Shown piece by piece: positions 27,387 to 37,234 of a stretch of DNA of 64,000 nucleotides. The position numbers and the translations under genes are program-made. Every line of letters starts with the position of its first letter. Position 1 is the first letter of the stretch. Source of the stretch: Nitrosopumilus sp. (GTDB lineage Archaea; Thermoproteota; Nitrososphaeria; Nitrososphaerales; Nitrosopumilaceae). The notes under the pieces were generated by a model. That model had not been told where the DNA came from, ran no database searches, and saw only the letters and a list, made by a program, of their open reading frames with translations. The stretch is from positions 384,001 through 448,000 of the forward strand of contig OZ252243.1 of the NCBI GenBank assembly GCA_965249555.1, read 5' to 3'.

Positions 27387-29799
27387 TTCACTGGTGTTGG
27401 AGAATATTCGAAGTTATTCCCATGAAGAGGTGGAGTTTCCGCGTGGCATTACTCTGTTTGAGGGAGACATTGGCTCTGGAAAATCTACAGTATTGATGGC
27501 AATAGAGTTTGCATTATTTGGTTTGGGTTCTCAAAAAGGAGAATCGCTTCTTGCAAAAAAAGCCGATGAGGGTTTTGCTATTTTAGAATTTACAGTAGAT
27601 GGTCAGAAATATGAGATCAAGCGAGCACTCAAAAGAAAAACAGCTGGGGTGAATCAGAATCCAAGAAATTCGTACATCAAAACAAATGATGAGAAAGAGC
27701 CTCTCTCACCATCAGAGTTGAAGCAGCGAATACTTCAGATTCTCAAATTTGATGAGCCTGGAGACGCACGCTCTGAGAGTAGGATATACCGCTATGCAGT
27801 GTATACACCTCAAGAAGAGATGAAGAAAGTTCTGAGTGATGCCAAAACTCGATTAGAGACAATACGACGAGCATTTGGAATTGAAGATTATGCTATAGCT
27901 GCTGCCAATGCGAATGATGTTGCAACATCAATAAGATTGCAGGTGGCTCGATTTAAAGAGAGATTTAGTGATACTGCACAATTAGAAGATGAGAATGCAG
28001 CATCAAAAAATTTAGTTGATGGGATCCAGATAGAAATTTCTCAATCAGATAAAAAAAGAAAAGATTTAGAGTCAAAAAATATTCTCGTTGATAAAAAATT
28101 AAAGCAACTACAAAAACAAAATCTAGAAAAAGTAAAGCTTGAAGGCATCAAAGAAAAACTGGAAGAGAGAATCACAGATGATGAATCAGATATTGAATCA
28201 GCCAATTCAGATATTAATGATGCACAAGAAGAGATGGGTGAATTTAAAGAAAAGTTGAATAAATTAAGTAAAATTAAAAAACCAACTGTAAAAACAGTTG
28301 TGCAAATCAAAAAAGAGATTGAAAAATTCCAAAAAATCAATGATGATCTGGTAAAATCAAAAGCTATTGTTTCAGAATTATCATCATCAATTTCAAAATT
28401 AAGTAGGGTATCTGGTAAAAATAAAAAAGAGATTCAAGAAGAAACAATCAGTAAAGAGAAAACCCTGAAAAGCATTAGAAAAACACTTGATGAGAGTGAA
28501 GAAGAAATCAATCATCTACAAGAGCAGATAACCAAATGTAAGACAAATATAGAAAATTTACAGGGAGATAGTGATAAATTTGCAAAACTTGGAGAAAAGT
28601 GCCCAGTATGTGAGCAAAAAATTACAGCAGAGCATTTGAAAGATTGGGAGAGTGAGCGAAAAACAAAACAGGACAAATTAAATGCAGAATTAAAAAAAAT
28701 TAAAGATCCATTTTCTGATACAAAAGAACATCATAAAAAACTATTAAAAGATACTAGCAATCTAGAATCCGAAATATCTGAGAATCGGCAGATGATTCCT
28801 CAAATTGAAGAGTTTGATGAAAAATCTGCAAAATTTGCTCAAATTGAGGCTAAAATTAAGGAATTGCAGGCACAAAACAAGATTCCAAAGGAGAAATTTG
28901 AGTATGAATCTGATGAACCAGTAGAGTATCTTTCTGCACTTAAAGATGCTCTAGTAGAATATGAGAATTCTTTGGCCATGATAGTAGAGACAGAAAAGAA
29001 TCAGGAGAAAACTCTGAAATTTATTTCAAAGTATCAGAATGATTTGAAATCATCAGATGCAAATATTGCAAAAAACAGAAAAGAGATTCAAAGTATTGAA
29101 GGGCAGATAAAATCATTTACGAACATTGATGATGAAACAAGATCGACTGAGCAAGAATTTAAAGCAAATAATGAAAAAATTACTAAAGTGTCTGCTTTGA
29201 GTGCATCATCAAAACAAAATCTAAAAAATGAGCAAGAAAAGATTTCAATCAACAGAGAAAAGATTGCTGAATCTCAAAAATGGAAGATTGAGCATGACAA
29301 ATTTTTAGAATATTATGAATGGTTGACTACATTTTTCATTCCCACCATATCTCAGATTGAAAAGCAGGTGCTACTATCAATTTTGCAGAGCTTTAATGAA
29401 ACTTATCATCGATGGTATTCAATTCTGGTTGAAGACCCCACCAAAGAGTCTAGAATTGATGAGGACTTTACTCCAATTGTAATTCAGGACAGATATGACC
29501 AAGAGATTGAATACTTGTCAGGAGGTGAGAAGACCAGCATTGCATTGGCATATAGATTGACTTTGAATTCACTGATGAGAAAAGAGACAGAGTCATTAAA
29601 GTCAAACTTGTTGATCTTAGATGAGCCAACTGATGGCTTTTCTAAAAACCAATTAGGTAAAATCAGAGAAGTTCTTGATGAGTTAAAATCACAGCAAATT
29701 GTGCTTGTATCTCATGAAAAAGAGCTTGAAGCGTATGTGGATAACATATTTCAGATTTCAAAGGAAGATGGAATTTCTAAAATATCCAGAATGAACTAG
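27376..29799 (+). CDS. rad50: Rad50 ATPase
   Basis: GDIGSGKS, coiled coil with CPVC zinc hook, LSGGE, LILDEPT, VSH. Confidence 0.95.
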   Translation: MILNSLVLENIRSYSHEEVEFPRGITLFEGDIGSGKSTVLMAIEFALFGLGSQKGESLLAKKADEGFAILEFTVDGQKYEIKRALKRKTAGVNQNPRNSYIKTNDEKEPLSPSELKQRILQILKFDEPGDARSESRIYRYAVYTPQEEMKKVLSDAKTRLETIRRAFGIEDYAIAAANANDVATSIRLQVARFKERFSDTAQLEDENAASKNLVDGIQIEISQSDKKRKDLESKNILVDKKLKQLQKQNLEKVKLEGIKEKLEERITDDESDIESANSDINDAQEEMGEFKEKLNKLSKIKKPTVKTVVQIKKEIEKFQKINDDLVKSKAIVSELSSSISKLSRVSGKNKKEIQEETISKEKTLKSIRKTLDESEEEINHLQEQITKCKTNIENLQGDSDKFAKLGEKCPVCEQKITAEHLKDWESERKTKQDKLNAELKKIKDPFSDTKEHHKKLLKDTSNLESEISENRQMIPQIEEFDEKSAKFAQIEAKIKELQAQNKIPKEKFEYESDEPVEYLSALKDALVEYENSLAMIVETEKNQEKTLKFISKYQNDLKSSDANIAKNRKEIQSIEGQIKSFTNIDDETRSTEQEFKANNEKITKVSALSASSKQNLKNEQEKISINREKIAESQKWKIEHDKFLEYYEWLTTFFIPTISQIEKQVLLSILQSFNETYHRWYSILVEDPTKESRIDEDFTPIVIQDRYDQEIEYLSGGEKTSIALAYRLTLNSLMRKETESLKSNLLILDEPTDGFSKNQLGKIREVLDELKSQQIVLVSHEKELEAYVDNIFQISKEDGISKISRMN

Positions 29800-30001
29800 T
29801 CACCTTTTTGGAAAGAAAAAAGATGCAGTTATTCAAAATCCTTTAGTTTAGGAAGGATCATCTCATCAAATATTTGATCACCACTTAACCAGATACAAGG
29901 AAAGTTATTGTCTTTGCAGTTCAGAAAATGGGACGAACAGGATGTAAAAATAAAGGCAGTATTCCTGCAATTTGATAAAGAAGAGTCAAAAATAAAAAAA
30001 A

Positions 30002-30628
30002 TTAACTAACATTAACAATTCCGGTCATCCAAGAATGAACCACACAAAAGTAATCAAAAGTTCCTGCATCATTAAATGTGAATTCAAAAGAGTCACCAGA
30101 CATGAATATACCAGAATCAAATAATTCACCGACCACACTTGAAGGATTTCCACTAGTTACAGTATGTATAGCAGTGTCACCATTATTCCAAGTTACTGTT
30201 GTGCCAACTGCTACATTAACTTCGTAAGGCAAATAACATTCGGTAGTTGTTTCACATCCAGGAACTCCAACCCCTAAAGGAATTGAAATTGTTTGTGACA
30301 TTGGCGATGTTTCTGCTTCGGGTTCAGGTTCTGCAGTCACACATTCACCTTCATAGTCTAATTTAACATCAACAGCATCTAACATACACAAATTACCATA
30401 AGTTTCACCATCAATACCACACATAGGATCCCATTGCATTGTACAAACAGTCAGATCTTCTTCAGGTTCTGTAACTGTTGTTGGTTCTGATTTAATTTCC
30501 ATTTCTTCATCAGAGACAATTCTTGGTTGGATTATTTCATCTGGAGATGATGCAATTAATCCTAAAATTATTGCAGCAAGAACACCAACTATTATTATTA
30601 CACCTAAAGGAAAATTTATCTCATCCAC
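30002..30628 (-). CDS. Membrane-anchored blue (type 1) copper protein with Kazal-like domain
   Basis: N-terminal TM; CTMQWDPMCGIDGETYGNLC...EGEC; cupredoxin HTVTSG and YFCVVHSWM. Confidence 0.85.
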   Translation of the reverse strand: MDEINFPLGVIIIVGVLAAIILGLIASSPDEIIQPRIVSDEEMEIKSEPTTVTEPEEDLTVCTMQWDPMCGIDGETYGNLCMLDAVDVKLDYEGECVTAEPEPEAETSPMSQTISIPLGVGVPGCETTTECYLPYEVNVAVGTTVTWNNGDTAIHTVTSGNPSSVVGELFDSGIFMSGDSFEFTFNDAGTFDYFCVVHSWMTGIVNVS

Positions 30629-31109
30629 CTGTTAACTTTGCAAACTTTTCGTTCTTACTTAACTTTTCCATAAATTGAATATTAGATAATGCAATAATTG
30701 CAGATTCAACTACTGCTTTATCAGGATCATTTAATGCAGTTTCCAGAGTTTTTTTTGCTTCTTTGGAGCCAACAACGCCCAAGGCAATAGCTGCTTCGTG
30801 TCGTACAAACATACTTGGATCATTGAGTGTTGCATCAGATAGTGAAAGTATTGCACTAGAGTAACACAGCTGACCTAATGAGAATGCAGCCTCATGACGT
30901 ACCAATTCATGTTCATCATTTTTTAAAACTTTGGCAATATAGGGAATTTTATCCTCTCCGCCAAAATCAACCAAAATACAGGTGGCTCTTGTTCTAATCA
31001 CATAATCAGGATGATCTAAAAGAGAAACAAAATACTCTGTATCTTTTTGTTCATATTTTGACTCCATTTCAACAAAAAGTGCTAATCGATCAGAAGTTAC
31101 TGCTTGCAA
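30621..31109 (-). CDS. HEAT/PBS-lyase repeat protein (two RHEAA motifs)
   Basis: VRHEAAFSLG and VRHEAAIALG repeats. Confidence 0.85.
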   Translation of the reverse strand: MQAVTSDRLALFVEMESKYEQKDTEYFVSLLDHPDYVIRTRATCILVDFGGEDKIPYIAKVLKNDEHELVRHEAAFSLGQLCYSSAILSLSDATLNDPSMFVRHEAAIALGVVGSKEAKKTLETALNDPDKAVVESAIIALSNIQFMEKLSKNEKFAKLTGG

Positions 31110-31184
31110 TTTGTTTTGAGATTTTCTGTGTCCTATATTAGGTTACTTGAGAAAAAATTCAAAATTAGATGAGGTATCTATTTA

Positions 31185-31874
31185 ATGGAAAAAATATGGA
31201 AATTTACTATGAGTGTAGTAATAGGTGAAAAGGCGCCAAATTTTGGAGTTTCAGAATGGATACAAGGTGCTCCAACTAATTTTGATCAAGAAAAAGATCA
31301 TGTTGTTTTATTGGAAGTCTTTCAAGTCAATTGTCCCGGATGTTTTATGAATGCAATTCCTGAGGCAATTAACATCTACAACAAATACAAAGATGATGGA
31401 GTTCGAGTTTTAGGTCTTGCTACTGCTTTTGAAGATTTTGATAAAAATACACTAGATAATTTGAAAATGCTTGCAGAAACTGGTGAAGTAATAGGAGAAA
31501 CAAAGAGTGCACTTTCAATGAATGGTAAATTACAAGAAGGAAACAAGTTACATTATAAAATTCCATTTCCATTAGGAATGGATAATCTAACAAGGACCAC
31601 AGGGGAAATCAGTCAAGAAAAAATCATGGAATTTATCTATCCGCAGATTCCTGAATTTGATTCACAGCCAGAGGATTACAGAAATCAAATTATTCAAAAA
31701 GTGAAAAGTTACATAAAATCAAAAGAATATTCGGCCGAGACATTTGAAAAATTTTCTCTGCAAGGGACACCGTCAGCCATTTTAGTGGATAGAAAAGGAA
31801 TTCTTAGAGATGTGTCATTTGGACAATCAGGACATGTGGATGCGATGATTCAAAAATTACTTGACGAAGATTAA
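31185..31874 (+). CDS. Thioredoxin-fold redoxin (AhpC/TSA-like)
   Basis: GEKAPNF, FQVNCPGC, GTPSAILVDRKG; true start may be the second Met. Confidence 0.85.
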   Translation: MEKIWKFTMSVVIGEKAPNFGVSEWIQGAPTNFDQEKDHVVLLEVFQVNCPGCFMNAIPEAINIYNKYKDDGVRVLGLATAFEDFDKNTLDNLKMLAETGEVIGETKSALSMNGKLQEGNKLHYKIPFPLGMDNLTRTTGEISQEKIMEFIYPQIPEFDSQPEDYRNQIIQKVKSYIKSKEYSAETFEKFSLQGTPSAILVDRKGILRDVSFGQSGHVDAMIQKLLDED

Positions 31875-31875
31875 A

Positions 31876-32451
31876 TCATTCAGTTTTTGTTATTTTCTTT
31901 TTTTTTATCTTCATTATGACATACGCTGCAATAACAATCAAAGATCCAGCCAAGGCCCACCAACCCAAAGAATCGTCGAATGTTTCTCCTTTTTGTAGTG
32001 CTTCTCTAACAGAATCAGGTTCTTTTAATTCTATTTCATCTCTTTCAGTTAAACCATTAAGATAAGTGGTTCCAAAAATTTCTAATTTATTATTTCCAGA
32101 ACCTGTAAAATTCAATGTAACAAAAGAAATTTTGTCATTAGATTTTATTTCAGGGAAGAATTCTTGATCATTAAGATAAAATGTGAAATTTCCACCCAAA
32201 AGATTTTGAGGAATAATAATCTCACCTAAATTATTTTCCAACCTACTATCAATGTATAATGTTAATCTTTTCTTATCCTTATCAAAATCAAAATCCGGTA
32301 TGTCATAATTAGCGACAGTGTTAATTTCAAATGTATGACCACTTGTTTCAATGTCAAGATGGTTTACCAATCCAGTAGCATCAGAAAGTGCACCAAATGC
32401 AGGTGTAATTACTAAAACTAAGAGTATTGGAATAAATAAAAATATCTTCAA
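31876..32451 (-). CDS. Secreted/membrane-anchored hypothetical protein
   Basis: Signal peptide (PAFG), beta-rich body, C-terminal TM plus basic tail. Confidence 0.7.
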   Translation of the reverse strand: MKIFLFIPILLVLVITPAFGALSDATGLVNHLDIETSGHTFEINTVANYDIPDFDFDKDKKRLTLYIDSRLENNLGEIIIPQNLLGGNFTFYLNDQEFFPEIKSNDKISFVTLNFTGSGNNKLEIFGTTYLNGLTERDEIELKEPDSVREALQKGETFDDSLGWWALAGSLIVIAAYVIMKIKKKKITKTE

Positions 32452-32452
32452 T

Positions 32453-32917
32453 TTATGCAGCTTGAGGTACCCGTTTGTTTAATTCTTTGTCTTGAGCAAT
32501 TCGCGGATGCTCTGGATCTGCCAATATAACTTCAAACCAATAGTGCTTTCCATCTTTGTAAATAAAGTAAGAGCCCAAAAGTTTCATGTTTGGATATCTC
32601 TCAAGAACTCTTCTGTCAGCAACTGTCTTCATGTCGTCATCTGCCTTGATTCTTGTAACACCAAGATGTTTTGGTCGTCTTCCACCAGTAGGTCTTTGTT
32701 TTCTCATACCACCGGTTCCAACTCTCATTCGGACAACAATGATTCCCTGTTTTGCCTTGTAGCCCAGTCTTCTAGCTCTTTGTATTCTACTTGGTTTTTC
32801 GATTCTGGTAATGGCATTTTGTCTACGCCATCTAATCACACGCTCACGTAGTTCAGGAGCATTTTCTTTCCAAAGTCTGATCCATATCTTGTCTTGATGG
32901 CTAGGCATATCGGGCAT
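32453..32917 (-). CDS. rpl15e: 50S ribosomal protein L15e
   Basis: RARRLGYKAKQG, RRPKHLG, SYFIYKDGKHYWFEVILADP. Confidence 0.96.
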   Translation of the reverse strand: MPDMPSHQDKIWIRLWKENAPELRERVIRWRRQNAITRIEKPSRIQRARRLGYKAKQGIIVVRMRVGTGGMRKQRPTGGRRPKHLGVTRIKADDDMKTVADRRVLERYPNMKLLGSYFIYKDGKHYWFEVILADPEHPRIAQDKELNKRVPQAA

Positions 32918-32990
32918 AGTAAAATCCCCTTTAATAACTGTAAAAGAGTCATTCTACTCCCTTTAACTAGAATTCTGATGTACTAATCTC

Positions 32991-34230
32991 ATGGTTACTG
33001 CTTACCAAAAATTCTCTGAGGCAATTCATGTGGAAGCCACTAGAAAGACCTATCAAATCTACATCAAGAAATTCTTGGATATGCTAATGAAGACTACGAT
33101 AGTCTGGTAAAACTACAGCAGTCCGAAATTGAAGATTTAGTTTTCAACTATGTAATTCATCTAAAAGATCTAACTGAAAGAACAGGAACACCTAGTCCTA
33201 ACTCTTACAATACCATGACTTCACCAATTAAACTATTTTTAGATATTAATGATATTTTGCTTAATTGGGTAAAAATCAAAAAATATTTTCCTGCAAAAAG
33301 ACCAGTAGTCAATCAATTACCATATACAGATGATGATGCTAGAGAATTGTTAGCAGCTACAACTAGTGTAAGAAACAAGGCGTTTATTCATTTTCTAGCT
33401 GCAACAGGTTGTAGAGTTGGAGCAATACCTGAACTAACTATTGAGGATGTAAAACAAATTGATAAAGGTGCAATAGTTACAATATACAAAGATACAACTG
33501 AAGAATACAGAACGTGTTTAACTCCAGAAGTATTTTATCATTTGAAAAAATATCTTTCTCAGAGAATCAATACAAGTACAAATTCACCATTATTCACTAC
33601 AAAAAATAATGCAGACTCTTTGAGTTTAGATGCTGCAGGAGATGTGATTAGACATATTAGAAAACAAGCAAAATTAACAGTTGATTTTGGAAGAAAATCA
33701 ATAGAGATAAATCACAAAATCATGCATTTAGAAAACGCTTCACACTTTGTTTAGCAAATGCTGACATTCAATCCAAATTCATTGAATACATGATGGGGCA
33801 TTATGAAAAACAAGATAGATATTATTTCAAACCAAGCGATGAAGATTTGTGGTTTCAGTACAAAAAAGCAATTAAAATTCTAACTTTGGATAAATCTGAG
33901 GCTATGAAACATGAATTAGAACAAAATAGAATAATCATTGATGACTATGAAAAGAGATTAGAGGAAAAAGTATCTGAAATTGAAAATAGGTATGAAGGTG
34001 TTGTTGGAGCACTAGAAGTTGAGGTATGGGTTGCAAAAATGAAAAAATTCTTCTTAGATCAACTAGAAGGCAGAGGACATACTCATGCAAATAAAAAATA
34101 CATTTCACAAATGCGTGATTTTGTTGATGCATCTACTTCATCAGATGCATTGAAAGTATTTGGTGGAGATAGCGAATTGGTTAATTTTATGAGAAATTGG
34201 AAAAATTTAGCCAATGATAAAGCTAATTGA
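32991..34230 (+). pseudogene. Tyrosine recombinase/integrase with two frameshifts (~33078, ~33700)
   Basis: Joined frames give ATGCRVGAI (R), YKDT (K), HAFRKRF (HxxR at 33721), YMMGH, DRYY (Y). Confidence 0.85.
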
Positions 34231-34266
34231 GTTTAGTCTAATGAATAATTGAAACTAATACGAAAA

Positions 34267-34761
34267 TTACAGATTATGTTGTGTTTTAAATTGAATAATA
34301 CGAGTAATCGATGCTCGGATTTCATCAGAACTAAATCTAGGTTTTGTATCAGAAATGAATTCAACCATAGAAACAATATCATTTTCAGTGACAGTTCTTT
34401 CTGGAAGTAAATACCAGACAGTAGCATACAATTCTAAAACATACACATTGTTTACATTTTCGCCAAATAATTCATTTATGAGACCAACAGTATGTTGCTC
34501 GCCCTCATTTAATTTAGCATTACAAAAAGAATCATTTGCAATACCTTTGTAAAGAACAGTAGTGAAAGTTGGGGAATATGGACCATAATGATAATATGTA
34601 TAGTTAAAGCCACCACCAGAACCTAAAACATCACAAAAGAAACCAAGTTTTTGAAGACGTAATCGATCATTAAAGTTATCCATGTTAATTGTTCCAAAAT
34701 GTTGGATTATCTTTAATGTTGGATTTTCTTCATATAATGACATAATCTTATTTCTGTACAT
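34267..34761 (-). CDS. SocA/Panacea (DUF4065)/YwgA/DarG-C-terminal-like antitoxin-type protein
   Basis: RLRLQKLGFF...FNYTYYHYGPYS...LELYATVWYL...KPRFS motifs. Confidence 0.7.
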   Translation of the reverse strand: MYRNKIMSLYEENPTLKIIQHFGTINMDNFNDRLRLQKLGFFCDVLGSGGGFNYTYYHYGPYSPTFTTVLYKGIANDSFCNAKLNEGEQHTVGLINELFGENVNNVYVLELYATVWYLLPERTVTENDIVSMVEFISDTKPRFSSDEIRASITRIIQFKTQHNL

Positions 34762-34768
34762 AATGAAA

Positions 34769-36001
34769 TCATTTATCCCTTTCTTTGTCTTTATAGATCA
34801 GCTTTTGTAAATACTCAATGAACTTTTCTTTGACTTGAAAATAATAAGTTTTTGAAGCAAATGGGCTGCCACTTTTCAATTTTGCTGCTTGTTCATCTTC
34901 AACTAAGGAAAAAACAACAACCGCATTACCAATTTCTTTTGCATGTTTGATTTCAGCATCCACACCATCAGATCTATTTCCTTTATAATATGGTCTATAA
35001 ACTGCCAAGATATTTGCGGCATTCACTAAAGCATAATCTCTTGCTTGCACTTGATCAGAAATAGAATCTTTAACCTCTTCTATCTCCACAACAGGTATTT
35101 TTATTGGCCAATTTGGTTCAGGTACAAGAGGTTCAGAAATTTCTAAAGGCCAACGATCAGATTTCTTCAATTCTATTTCAACAGAAGATGGATCATCCTC
35201 AAGTGTTTTTGTTAGTACAGACACTAATGATAATTCATCTATGGTTACAGGATCAAAAATTGTCACATCTAAGTCCAAACCCATCTTATGCATTTCCAAT
35301 CGGTATTCGTTAACTTCGACCATACTTTCAGCATTAGTTCTAGGATATGTAATAGGATATGATAGATAGAGAGTTTTAGGAACTTCGTTAAAAATTAGAT
35401 TATGAAATGTTGAATATGGATGTCTTACAGATACCAAATAATTATTTACGAATTGACCCTCATTTTCTGAACTAAAAGCAATTTTAAGAGATTCAGAATG
35501 TATTGATTCCAATGAACGCCAAGCCAATATTTCACTTAAACGCAAACTCGTTTTTAGATAGATATCTTCTCTTTCCTTTATACTCTGCCAAATTGAAAAT
35601 ATATCATCAATCAAAGTAATAATTTTCACAGTAGATTTAGGAAAAGATGCAACAAGAGAAAGAAAGTCATTTGTATTAAGTGGGGGGAAAAATTCACTGT
35701 TTTTGTAATAGCTCAAATGCACATTCACAAATACAAATTTTTTATCAGGGTTTTTTGAAATAATGGTCTTTATCCAAGCAAAAGTATCTTGAATAATTTT
35801 TACTTTATGATAGGGGTTTGGAATATCTAAAAAATCAGGAATGCTATTAGGAGGCATTCCAGGTCTTTGAGGATTTACCAATTCATGTTCGAAATCAATA
35901 TGTAAAATATCTGAAGAACGACCAGATTGAGAGATTAAGTTATTGATTAATTTTTTTTTATTTGTGCCAGTTATTCCAGTAAAAAATACAATTTCAGTCA
36001 A
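34769..36001 (-). CDS. Fusion of P-loop NMP-kinase-like domain and nucleoside 2-deoxyribosyltransferase/DNPH1-like domain
   Basis: IVFFTGITGTNKK (degenerate Walker A), ITLIDD; C-terminal YLSYPIT...FDP...RDYALV...SDGVDAEIKHA...VVVF. Confidence 0.65.
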   Translation of the reverse strand: MTEIVFFTGITGTNKKKLINNLISQSGRSSDILHIDFEHELVNPQRPGMPPNSIPDFLDIPNPYHKVKIIQDTFAWIKTIISKNPDKKFVFVNVHLSYYKNSEFFPPLNTNDFLSLVASFPKSTVKIITLIDDIFSIWQSIKEREDIYLKTSLRLSEILAWRSLESIHSESLKIAFSSENEGQFVNNYLVSVRHPYSTFHNLIFNEVPKTLYLSYPITYPRTNAESMVEVNEYRLEMHKMGLDLDVTIFDPVTIDELSLVSVLTKTLEDDPSSVEIELKKSDRWPLEISEPLVPEPNWPIKIPVVEIEEVKDSISDQVQARDYALVNAANILAVYRPYYKGNRSDGVDAEIKHAKEIGNAVVVFSLVEDEQAAKLKSGSPFASKTYYFQVKEKFIEYLQKLIYKDKERDK

Positions 36002-36127
36002 TGATCATAAGATATGAATATGGAGTATTTGAAGTTAGATTAACATTTTTATGAAACTAATTGAGTTAAGATTCTACAATTCTAACATTTTGAATTGTAG
36101 TTGATTGTTTGTCATCAACTATTGTAA

Positions 36128-36262
36128 CTATTGGCTTTTTACAAAAAGTAATGGTAAAACTAACTTGTAATTTTCAGAAGCATTAAGTGATTTTCTCAAG
36201 ACATCTGCTGCATTTTTGAGCTTCTTTTCAAGATCTTTTGCAGTTAATTTTTGATTTGACAA
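36128..36262 (-). pseudogene. hsdM: N-terminal stub of a type I R-M methyltransferase
   Basis: TTG start; MSNQKLTAKDLEKKLKNAADVLRKSLNASENYKLVLPLLFVKSQ* matches the HsdM N-terminal LE..L..AAD.LR......Y...L.LLF.K pattern (compare 6377-7984). Confidence 0.7.
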
Positions 36263-36535
36263 TATGAATTTGTGAATTGTCCATAAAATAAAGATGCAGT
36301 TTAAGAATCAACCATTTATCTTGTTAAATTTGCATTTTACAGTAAGAGATGTTTTGGCATTAAAAGGGTCAAAAATAGCCACTTTCTAACTGTAAATCGA
36401 GGAATCCTAGGTATCACTAATCAATTAAAATTCTCTTTGAGTGATGGTTCACAACCCACACACCCAAAGAATTTGCCTCCGCAAGAAAACTCGATAATCA
36501 AAGTACGTCAAAGCCGTTAAAAAGGATTTCTCAGT

Positions 36536-37234
36536 ATGGATTTGAGATTTTTATTGAGTAATACTAGCAAACCAATAATGAAAGCAAGAATTGTGATTTT
36601 GCCCATAATTTTGGCAATAAGTTTTGTATTTTTACCAGTTGTGTATGCAGAGCCTTCAGTTAACATCATAATGGAAAAAACAACATACAGTTATTGTGAA
36701 AGATTATTTTACATAATTGAAGTTTCAGAAGTTACAGGAGAGTCTGCAATTATTCACATTAGAGATGAATCAGGTAAAGAAAGTAGTGCAATTCCAATTG
36801 AGATAACAAATTTACAAAATCCAGTCCCATCACTAGTTGCTTTTGAAGCAGAAATATTTCCACTGGGAAAATATTTCATAGATGTAGAATATTCCGGTGC
36901 AGAATTTACTGCAGAATTTAATTTAATTGATTCAGATAATATTTGTATTCCACAAGCAATTAAACAATTTATGATTGAATGGCTTAATGATAAAATGCCA
37001 GATGGATATCTAATTGATGCATTGCAGAAATATGTAGATACGAAATTAATTGACATACCTTTTGAAATTAATGATAAAAATATTCATGAAATTGACATAC
37101 CATATTGGGTAAAAAATGTAGGGTATTGGTGGGTTCAAGGAATAATTTCAGACAAAGACTTTGCTCAAGTGATCAGTTATCTAATTGATGAAAAGGTAAT
37201 TTCTTTACCAATAGTATTGGAAAATGAAATATGA
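36536..37234 (+). CDS. Secreted protein with thaumarchaeal IPxWVKN..WW..G.ISD C-terminal domain
   Basis: Signal peptide (VYA), IPYWVKNVGYWWVQGIISDKDF...YLI; start probably at second Met. Confidence 0.75.
   Translation: MDLRFLLSNTSKPIMKARIVILPIILAISFVFLPVVYAEPSVNIIMEKTTYSYCERLFYIIEVSEVTGESAIIHIRDESGKESSAIPIEITNLQNPVPSLVAFEAEIFPLGKYFIDVEYSGAEFTAEFNLIDSDNICIPQAIKQFMIEWLNDKMPDGYLIDALQKYVDTKLIDIPFEINDKNIHEIDIPYWVKNVGYWWVQGIISDKDFAQVISYLIDEKVISLPIVLENEI

Larger units (their letters stand above)
32935..36396. mobile_element. Putative decayed integrative element (integrase, cargo cassette, hsdM stub)
   Basis: Integrase pseudogene plus accessory cargo; bounded by candidate direct repeat TAACTGTAAA at 32935-32944 and 36387-36396 (boundaries tentative). 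Confidence 0.5.

Noticed and set aside
23475-29799. nurA-herA as a HerA-based antiviral system or foreign insert
   Set aside because: Complete nurA-herA-mre11-rad50 is the standard archaeal double-strand-break repair set; spot GC counts were not clearly different from neighbouring nadX.
29800-30001. Possible minus-strand gene remnant ending ...DEMILPKLKDFE*
   Set aside because: No start and no recognisable family; cannot be supported.
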